From Candidatus Woesearchaeota archaeon (GTDB taxonomy: Archaea > Nanobdellota > Nanobdellia > SCGC-AAA011-G17 > GW2011-AR20), in assembly GCA_018302465.1 (NCBI GenBank), contig JAGVZQ010000004.1:1-55023 (forward strand): DNA of 55,023 nt, written 5' to 3'. Positions 48,042-55,023 of the stretch are shown in pieces. A program made the position numbers and the translations under genes. Below the pieces are notes generated by a model. The model was given only the letters and a program-made list of their open reading frames with translations, had not been told where the DNA came from and ran no database searches. How positions within the stretch are numbered: the stretch's first letter is position 1; every line of letters starts with the position of its first letter.

Positions 48042-49016
48042 ATGGAACAGCAACTCCCAAAATTGGATTATTTTGACAGAAGAACGTTATTTGAATTAGA
48101 TAAAAATGCAAGAATTTCAGGAACTAGTATCGGTAAAAAGATTAGAAAATCTAAACAATTTGTAGATTATCGCATTAAAAAATTGGAAGAAAATAAAATT
48201 TTGAAGGGGTATATAACCGTCATTGATTACTCTAAATTAGGTTATTTGAGTGTGAGAGTCTACTTCAAATTTCACAATCTTACACCAGAACAACAAGCTA
48301 AATTAGAAAATGAACTAATAAGAGATAAAGAAGTTTGGTGGTTGGTAACTTTAGAAGGGATTTGGGATGTTGGATATGCGATGGCTGTAAAAAATATATT
48401 GGAATTTTATGATTATTGGGATAAAATTATGAAAAAATATAGAAAATTTATAAGTAAAAACTCCGTTGTGGTATATACACATATTAAACAATATCCTAAA
48501 TCTTATCTTATCGAGGAAAATAATGAACATAATGGAACTTTAGTTGGTGCTTCCAAGAACCAGATTAGATGTGATGAATTTAATCTAAATCTTCTTAGAC
48601 TAATTGCTGATAATGGAAGAATGTCTCTTTTAGAAGCTGCACAAAAATTAAAGACAAGTCCACAAGTTATAAGAAATCATTTAAGAAAATTAGAAAAAGA
48701 AGGAATAATTCAAGGATATCGGGCATTGATTGATGTTTCATCTTTAGGCTATCGCTACTACAAATCTTATATTAATTTATTACACACAGAAAAATTAATG
48801 GAATTAGAATATTTTTGTAAAAGACATCCTAATATTCTTAACGTTAATCGAACTGTTGGCGGGAGAGATTTTGAGATAGAGTTACAGGCCAAATCTTTTG
48901 ACCAGTTTGATCAGATTATGAAAGAGATTAGAACTAAATTTGAAGGGATGATTGATGATTATGAATTTGTAATAGCTAGAGAAGAGAAAAAAATGGTCTA
49001 TTTTCCATTTGAATAA
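48042..49016 (+). CDS. Tandem (double) Lrp/AsnC regulator
   Basis: Two HTH-RAM units: LDKNAR...YRIKKLEE and IADNGR...LRKLEKEGII. Confidence 0.9.
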   Translation: MEQQLPKLDYFDRRTLFELDKNARISGTSIGKKIRKSKQFVDYRIKKLEENKILKGYITVIDYSKLGYLSVRVYFKFHNLTPEQQAKLENELIRDKEVWWLVTLEGIWDVGYAMAVKNILEFYDYWDKIMKKYRKFISKNSVVVYTHIKQYPKSYLIEENNEHNGTLVGASKNQIRCDEFNLNLLRLIADNGRMSLLEAAQKLKTSPQVIRNHLRKLEKEGIIQGYRALIDVSSLGYRYYKSYINLLHTEKLMELEYFCKRHPNILNVNRTVGGRDFEIELQAKSFDQFDQIMKEIRTKFEGMIDDYEFVIAREEKKMVYFPFE

Positions 49017-49017
49017 A

Positions 49018-49194
49018 TTATTTGCTACTTAATCTAATCAAATCCAACCATCTATTTTCTCCTAAGTCTAAATTAACTCCTGCTCTTTCAGAAGGCACTT
49101 CATCAGTAGTTGAATGATTTTCTATAAAATTATGTTGAATTACTATTGCCGTCATTAATATGGGTGCAGACCATAAAGCTTTCAATCCTCTAAA
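49018..49194 (-). pseudogene. C-terminal remnant of a DDE (IS6-like) transposase
   Basis: FRGLKALWSAPILMTAIVIQHNFIENH...VPSERAGVNLDLGENRWLDLIRLSSK*, starting right inside the TIR. Confidence 0.7.
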
Positions 49195-49281
49195 GTCTAA
49201 AATAGGTGACGCTAACTTAACAGCTCACAAAATAGAAACATTTATATACCACAGGTAAATGATTATATACTTGAGGTAAAT

Positions 49282-49890
49282 ATGGTATCTTTAACAGAAA
49301 ATGAAGCAAGAGTAATGGATTTTTTAGTTAGAAACTTCCTTGAAAAATATAATATTAATCAGTTAGCTAAAAAGCTTTCAATTAGTCCTGGAGGAATGTT
49401 CAAAATATTAAAAAAACTTAGAAATCAAAATTTCCTTATCAGTAAAGAAATTGGGAATAACACCTTTTTTGATATTAATTATGACTCAGGTGATGTTTTA
49501 GATGCCTGTAAATTTGCTCTAACAGAGAAAAAAACAACTAACCCTTATGTTAGAATATGGATTAAAAATCTAGCTCCACTAAATGAAAAGGCTTATTTGG
49601 CTATTTTATTTGGCTCTGTATTAATGAAAGGCAAGGAGGCGAAGGATATTGATGTTTTACTAGTTCACGATAGAAAAGATTTTGATGAAATAAATAAAAT
49701 AATTAATAATATTCAAAAGATTGTTACGAAGGAAGTTCATGCTATCTCTATGACAAAAGAAGATTTGATTAAAAATATTAACAAAGAAAATGAAGCTATA
49801 ATAGATGCAATAAAAACAGGGATTGTTCTTTGGGGAAGAGATATTTTATTGGAGGTTGTTAAAAATGGGAAAACTAGAAAATCGGTTTAA
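49282..49890 (+). CDS. HTH + MNT nucleotidyltransferase antitoxin
   Basis: NINQLAKKL HTH; LFGS...KDIDVL. Confidence 0.85.
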   Translation: MVSLTENEARVMDFLVRNFLEKYNINQLAKKLSISPGGMFKILKKLRNQNFLISKEIGNNTFFDINYDSGDVLDACKFALTEKKTTNPYVRIWIKNLAPLNEKAYLAILFGSVLMKGKEAKDIDVLLVHDRKDFDEINKIINNIQKIVTKEVHAISMTKEDLIKNINKENEAIIDAIKTGIVLWGRDILLEVVKNGKTRKSV

Positions 49891-50380
49891 ATGGTGTTTA
49901 GAAAGAGGCGAAAAGGGAGAAAAACATAAAGGATTAAGAAAAATTGAACCTGATATTAAAGAATCTGAAAATCAAATAAAAAAGTCTTTATCCGATTTAA
50001 ATACTATGAATTATTTGTATAAAGGAAAAAGAACTGACTGGGTGGCATCTGCCGCTTTTTATTCTATGTATCATTCCTTGCTTGCTTTATTATTTAAGTT
50101 AGGTTATGAATCCAGAAATCAAGAATGCACAATTACTGCAGTTGAAAATTTTATGAAAGATGGAAATATTGATCTTGAAAAAGAATACTTGGATATGATT
50201 AGAATTTTAAAAAATAATGGGGAAGGTGCAAAATCAATTAGAGAAGAAATGCAGTATAGCTCAGAAACTTCTATGGAAGATGATAAATGCAAAGAATTAA
50301 TGGGTAATGCTAAAAAATTTGTTGAAAGAATAAGGGAAATAATTGAAAGCATAAATGAAGAAGAACTCAAAAAGGAATAA
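49865..50380 (+). CDS. HEPN-domain protein
   Basis: W....AFYSMYH, REEMQY; ATG at 49865. Confidence 0.85.
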   Translation: MGKLENRFKWCLERGEKGEKHKGLRKIEPDIKESENQIKKSLSDLNTMNYLYKGKRTDWVASAAFYSMYHSLLALLFKLGYESRNQECTITAVENFMKDGNIDLEKEYLDMIRILKNNGEGAKSIREEMQYSSETSMEDDKCKELMGNAKKFVERIREIIESINEEELKKE

Positions 50381-50624
50381 ACTCCTATGATATCAAAAAT
50401 GGATAATATTATCCATATGTTCTATTTTGTACTATATTTTAAATATTTATTAACTTTTAATACAAAGTAGCTCACTTTTTCAAAAAAGCTTTGGTCTTTT
50501 TTCTTTAGGTTGCTGCTGCTATTTTCTATGAAAATTATGCAGCAGTCAACTATGAAAATTTTAAGGAGTGAAGCCCTGTAGTGGCTGAATTTTGAATATG
50601 CAGCTGTTGGCTTAATATAGGCAA

Positions 50625-51872
50625 TTATTGCCTTATCATCTCTACAACTTTCCTATCAGCATCTTTCAAAGTCAAGCAAAAACTTTTCTTATTATCAACA
50701 TACCTACTATAATATTTTTTATTCTCTCTTGAACAAACAAAAACCCAGTAATCAAAATATTTATTCAGCCATTTAACTTTATTTGAAATTTGCAGTTGTT
50801 TATTACTCTTAGTTTCAATCTCAACAGCTATTTTCTTCTTAGAGTAAATAAAGGCAACATCTGCTCTTAATCCATCAATAGAATACTCAACTTTAGAATT
50901 TTGCTTGTCTATTTCAGCAAACACATGCTTCATGTGGAAATGATAATTAGATTCTCTTTTTCCATAATTCTTAATTATTACATTATTTCCTGATTTTCCA
51001 TCTCTAAACAATCCAGAATAAGATTCATAATCATATTTTTTAATTAACTTATCTCTAATTTCTGGCTTTAATTCTTCAGCATGATAAAATCTCTTTTCTA
51101 GTAATTCCTTGTCTTCCTCAGGAGCATTATCATAATCAATATTTTCTTCTTTTAGCTTTCCTTCTTTTAATAATTTTATGGCTTTTTTGTACATTAATTT
51201 CTCATTCTCATTTAAACTGTAAAAATTAGAAGGATAGGCTTTATGTTTTAGGACAAAGCTAACAGCTGTTTTCCATTTCTCTTCTTTTGATTTTTCTTTC
51301 TCTCTTAGTTTTTCATATTTATTCTGGGCTTTTTCTATGACATCTGGAAAATAAGTTAAAGCAAATTCAGGAATAGCTTCATTAGATTGTTTTTTATTAA
51401 AATATTTGATTAATTTTTTTATTTGCCTGTTTTCTTTAATTCTTAATTCTTCTTCATATAATTCCTGTTCCTCTAATTCTCTTTGTTTTTCCTCTTCTTT
51501 TTCTCTTAATTTCCTTTCTTTGTCTTTTATTTCTCTTTTAATCTTATTAATTTCTTTAGGGTATTTCTTAGCTAATTTGTTTTTATTTAATTCATTTAAT
51601 TCTTCAATCTTAGAGGCTTTACTTAGTTTTTCTTTAAAGTTATCTTCTTTAATCTTTAAATTTTTTATTTTAATTTGTATTAGTTTCAGCAAAATAGAGA
51701 TAATTAGAATTATTAATAGGAGATATTTTATGTTGTTAAGATGAGTCAATGGGATATTAGTTAAGCTTAAGAAATCCTGCTTGAAATTAACTTCTTTAAA
51801 TTCATTGTAAATAGAACTTAAGACAGCTATCGCTATTGCAATTCCTAAAGTTAAGTCTGAATCATCTTTCAT
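50625..51872 (-). CDS. Membrane-anchored coiled-coil protein with C-terminal PD-(D/E)XK-like domain
   Basis: Two N-terminal TMs, K/E coiled coil, ES..H...VE...RADVAF...IAVEIET. Confidence 0.7.
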   Translation of the reverse strand: MKDDSDLTLGIAIAIAVLSSIYNEFKEVNFKQDFLSLTNIPLTHLNNIKYLLLIILIISILLKLIQIKIKNLKIKEDNFKEKLSKASKIEELNELNKNKLAKKYPKEINKIKREIKDKERKLREKEEEKQRELEEQELYEEELRIKENRQIKKLIKYFNKKQSNEAIPEFALTYFPDVIEKAQNKYEKLREKEKSKEEKWKTAVSFVLKHKAYPSNFYSLNENEKLMYKKAIKLLKEGKLKEENIDYDNAPEEDKELLEKRFYHAEELKPEIRDKLIKKYDYESYSGLFRDGKSGNNVIIKNYGKRESNYHFHMKHVFAEIDKQNSKVEYSIDGLRADVAFIYSKKKIAVEIETKSNKQLQISNKVKWLNKYFDYWVFVCSRENKKYYSRYVDNKKSFCLTLKDADRKVVEMIRQ

Positions 51873-51914
51873 AATAAAAATTAAAAATAGATTATTTATA
51901 ATGAAGTGTAATGC

Positions 51915-52500
51915 AAGTTATTTTGACGGAGTTATCAAAAAAATAGCTAAAATCTAATGTTTTTTAGGTCAAAAATCGTAAGCTTTATAAAAAATTTGAT
52001 GAATTTGTGCAGTTTAATTTTATATATCAGCTAATTCTATATTGCGTATACTTTGCGCTACAAAATTAATAAATTGAAACGTATAAACAGCAATTATACC
52101 AAACTTAAATAGTATTTAGTTGTAGGATAGTTTGTCCTACAAAGTTTAAGTGGATACTTTGCGCTACAAAATTAATAAACCAAAGTGTCTAGCCAATATC
52201 TAGACCAAATTTAAAAAGCAATCAAACTTCAAATTCAACACCTAAGGAAATGTTGTAACATATTCCAGAACAATTGTTGACAACATTTTCATAACCTAAT
52301 ATTTATAGTTTATTACAAGATTTAAAGGGACAAGTAAAATGTTACCAAAATTGTACCTTTTTTAGTTCCCTTATGGGGGAACTATTTTTTGTCCTATCAG
52401 TATTTATGGTAAAGCAATTTTAATATTTTTAGAAAAAAGAGGTGATTTTTAGGCAGGAAATCGTAAAGGTATGTACGATTTCTTTACCAGCTTTATAAAG
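51915..52500. repeat. Non-coding array of short palindromes and direct repeats
   Basis: 26-bp direct repeat at 52048 and 52154; at least 7 inverted repeats. Confidence 0.75.
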
Positions 52501-52532
52501 GGATGAGTTAAAAAAATAAACAGGAGGTTAAA

Positions 52533-52631
52533 ATGGCTCAAAAATCCAAAATATATGAAAATTTAATGGAAAAAATAAGCGAGTTAATTTTAGAGGCGGA
52601 AAAAGAGCTTGAAAGGGAAAATGGCAAATAA
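52533..52631 (+). CDS. 32-aa hypothetical protein
   Basis: AGGAGG SD; MAQKSKIYENLMEKISELILEAEKELERENGK*; overlaps the next ATG. Confidence 0.5.
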   Translation: MAQKSKIYENLMEKISELILEAEKELERENGK

Positions 52632-52911
52632 TCTCTACTCTAAAAGACCGAAATTAACTAAAGATAATTTGAAGAATGAGAATTTCAGGATAGAGCCGGA
52701 TTTAATCGAAAGTATAACAGAAATCTTAAGAGAAGATAAAGATACTAAATCCAAATTTATAAGAGATGCTATGAAAGTAGAGTTTATCAAAAGACTGACG
52801 AATAAACTAATAATTGAGTTAATTAACGACCCAAATATCGACAAGATTTTAGCTGAAAAAATGGATAATTTAAAAATAGTTAGTAAATTGGATTCCTTAA
52901 GGATTAAATAA
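52621..52911 (+). CDS. RHH/CopG-like DNA-binding protein
   Basis: NFRIE..L...I....TKSKFIRDAM. Confidence 0.6.
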   Translation: MANNLYSKRPKLTKDNLKNENFRIEPDLIESITEILREDKDTKSKFIRDAMKVEFIKRLTNKLIIELINDPNIDKILAEKMDNLKIVSKLDSLRIK

Positions 52912-52983
52912 TTTACCTTTTATTAGTAGTAACAAATAGAAAGATTTATAAATGCTGTTTTCTCTATATTTTACAGATAAAAA

Positions 52984-53145
52984 ATGCAGAAACAATTCAC
53001 AATTACAAAGAGAATAGCAAAACACGGGAAGCAGAATGTGATAGTCATTCCCAGCTTTTTAAAGGATGAATTAAAGCCAAGAACCGTGGTTGAACTAAAA
53101 ATTAACATTATTAAGGAGGCTGAAGATGACAAAGCTGACTTATGA
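52984..53145 (+). CDS. Small AbrB-like regulator (not in the ORF track)
   Basis: MQKQFTITKRIAKHGKQNVIVIPSFLKDELKP; TTTATAAA box upstream. Confidence 0.7.
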   Translation: MQKQFTITKRIAKHGKQNVIVIPSFLKDELKPRTVVELKINIIKEAEDDKADL

Positions 53146-54490
53146 ACAATTAAGATTTCCAAATTATAGAAATACCAATACCGCGGTTAGATTGAGAGTT
53201 AATGTAGATGGAAAAATAGAGACCATAAGTTTGTCACTATCAGACTTAGTTTACGCAGCCGAAATAGCAGGATTAAACATGCTTGCAGTAGCGGATACTG
53301 GAAGGGGTAAAACCCAATTAATGACCGATATAGCCTGGCATCATTTTGGAGGTGATCAAGAAAGTGGAAATGCAAACTGGGCAGATGGAAGACCTAGTTT
53401 TGACATAACAGATTTATTTGAGAGACAAGAAGTTGACTTAAGTTCTGGGAGATTTGATAGCAATACTATAAGACAATTAAGAAGAGATAAAACAGGAAGA
53501 TGTTTCTTTGGTGTTGACGAGTTAAATAGGGCGCCTAATCCAAAACAAAACGAATTCTTCGACTTGGCAGATGGAAAATATACTTTTGATGGACAGCGTT
53601 ACAAGTTAGGAAGAGATGATTATGCTCTTTTTATGTCTACAGCTAATCTAAACAAAGTCAATGGAGACTTCTCAGGAACTTTTGGATTAGACAGGGCGTT
53701 ATTAAACAGAGCCCATTTAACACTAGACTTAGACCATAAAGATTTCAGGCCTACTGCTGAAGACGAGCTTGCTATTGAAGAAAGAAAAGCAAATCCAAGA
53801 GTAGATGTCCCCCCTCCACAAGATATAAGTGATGGAATTATAGAGATTAATCATCAAATTAGGGAAGATTCAAAAAAATTAGACCCTTATCTTACGGCTT
53901 TTAGGTTTTTAATTGGAAGGGGTTTAGATTATTGTGATACAGACAAGTATAAAGACAAAGGAGCATTTCCAACTTTATGCGGCGATTGTAGTTTTAGCGG
54001 AAAAGACCTATGCTCTTTAGTTAAAGGCTCTTCAGAAAGAACAATAGCTGCGATAAAAGCATTAGCTTATGGATTATCTCACATAGCAAAATTAAAACTT
54101 GGAAAAGAAGTTGAAATTGATCCTTTTGACGCAGCTTTACAGGCATTTAGATTTACAACATATCATGGAAATTTAAATGATGTAATTGCCAGCGATGAAT
54201 ATGGAGAAAGAAGACAGACAATGATGGACGAAGCAGTTCAAGAATTATCAGGAAGAGTGAGAATACTAGAGCCGTATATCCCTCAAATGCTTGAAGGATA
54301 CCAGCCAGTTTCATTGGTTTATAATTCTAATGGGAAGGAAAGAAGAGCAACAAGAACAGATGAATTAGTTGCTAAATTAGATAAAAATAAAATTTCTTAT
54401 CAAACAACTAATCTTAAAACAGAATTAAAGGAAAAAGGCATTGGCACTGACTGGATAAATGCTTATGTAAAAAAATTCGGAAGAAAATGA
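53126..54490 (+). CDS. MoxR-like AAA+ ATPase
   Basis: ADTGRGKT, VDELNRA...QN, STAN, LDRALLNR. Confidence 0.8.
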   Translation: MTKLTYEQLRFPNYRNTNTAVRLRVNVDGKIETISLSLSDLVYAAEIAGLNMLAVADTGRGKTQLMTDIAWHHFGGDQESGNANWADGRPSFDITDLFERQEVDLSSGRFDSNTIRQLRRDKTGRCFFGVDELNRAPNPKQNEFFDLADGKYTFDGQRYKLGRDDYALFMSTANLNKVNGDFSGTFGLDRALLNRAHLTLDLDHKDFRPTAEDELAIEERKANPRVDVPPPQDISDGIIEINHQIREDSKKLDPYLTAFRFLIGRGLDYCDTDKYKDKGAFPTLCGDCSFSGKDLCSLVKGSSERTIAAIKALAYGLSHIAKLKLGKEVEIDPFDAALQAFRFTTYHGNLNDVIASDEYGERRQTMMDEAVQELSGRVRILEPYIPQMLEGYQPVSLVYNSNGKERRATRTDELVAKLDKNKISYQTTNLKTELKEKGIGTDWINAYVKKFGRK

Positions 54491-55023
54491 ACACATTAAA
54501 ACCATTAGGAAAGAGCAATTATGTTTCTCAAGAAGAAGCATTAAGAGATTTAGATAATTATATTGGAAATGGTAGTTCTGGTGAAGGTTCTGATTCAGAA
54601 GAGAATAAAGGTGATGGAGATGGAAATAATACAACTTTAGAAGACAAAACAGATTTTTGGAGTATAGACAATGTTAGATACAGAAACAGAACTTGCAGTG
54701 TAGGTTTAGCTAAAACTTTATTGGACTCAGGAAAGGCTAAAACTCAAGATGAATGGGCAGAATATTCAAGGCAGGCAAAACAGCAAGGAGATTTCCACGT
54801 TGGAGATTTTCCATTGTATTATGCTTTGTTTTCCCAATTGCACAGCTTAAGAGAAAATCCTAATATGAGAAGTATTGCAGAAGAAGCAAGAGCATTCATC
54901 AGCAAGCAGATGTTTAAAAAATGGCTGATGACATTAACAAGATTGCAGTATAAGAAAAAAGGCAATGACGTAATTGTCCATAATTATAGTATGCAAGACC
55001 GGTATGAACTTCAGGGAAAGATT
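54487..55023 (+). CDS. Hypothetical protein (partial)
   Basis: ATGA overlap with the ATPase stop; frame open to the window end. Confidence 0.65.
   Translation, partial: MNTLKPLGKSNYVSQEEALRDLDNYIGNGSSGEGSDSEENKGDGDGNNTTLEDKTDFWSIDNVRYRNRTCSVGLAKTLLDSGKAKTQDEWAEYSRQAKQQGDFHVGDFPLYYALFSQLHSLRENPNMRSIAEEARAFISKQMFKKWLMTLTRLQYKKKGNDVIVHNYSMQDRYELQGKI

Larger units (their letters stand above)
46419..49227. mobile_element. Non-autonomous cargo transposon (2809 bp)
   Basis: 25-bp TIRs with 21/25 identity (46419-46443, 49203-49227); 8-bp TSD CAAAATAG (46411-46418, 49228-49235). Confidence 0.85.
45032..55023. mobile_element. Putative integrative element at tRNA-Ser (right end outside window)
   Basis: Integrase directly 3' of the tRNA, followed by accessory genes; no att duplicate seen in the window. 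Confidence 0.65.

Noticed and set aside
50505-50552. Hairpin CTGCTGC...GCAGCAG as an ncRNA
   Set aside because: A single imperfect hairpin between convergent genes; insufficient support
52048-52215. CRISPR array
   Set aside because: Only two 26-bp copies 106 bp apart, and no cas genes
132-54634. Short antisense or overlapping ORFs in the track (e.g. 132..413, 11613..11969, 19162..19443, 35137..35514, 44951..45193)
   Set aside because: Shadows of well-supported genes or tRNAs, with no motifs

Overview
AT-rich archaeal window, most consistent with a DPANN lineage (Woesearchaeota/Pacearchaeota-like). Evidence: gatE, mre11-rad50, BHB-type tRNA introns and TATA boxes about 22-25 nt ahead of leaderless starts; the taxonomy is inference. 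Bases 1-14 kb form a toxin-antitoxin/surface-protein island, and 14-45 kb hold core genes (mre11, rad50, arcC/arcE/arcB, gatCAB, gatE, bacterial-type aspS, tgt, rtcA). From 45 kb to the end is a tyrosine-integrase element beside a three-intron tRNA-Ser, with a nested 2.8-kb TIR/TSD-bounded cargo transposon. The main finding is two bulge-helix-bulge (tRNA-type) introns in an mRNA. A 20-nt intron containing a stop codon interrupts the GAGGRDF motif of the arcE-like gene. A 995-nt intron encoding a LAGLIDADG endonuclease ends 1 nt before that gene's start codon. Other signals are TA cassettes followed by displaced 3' gene ends, an unexplained ~105-nt structured RNA, a palindrome array and several deletion scars. 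All structures were folded by eye, and no database searches were run.
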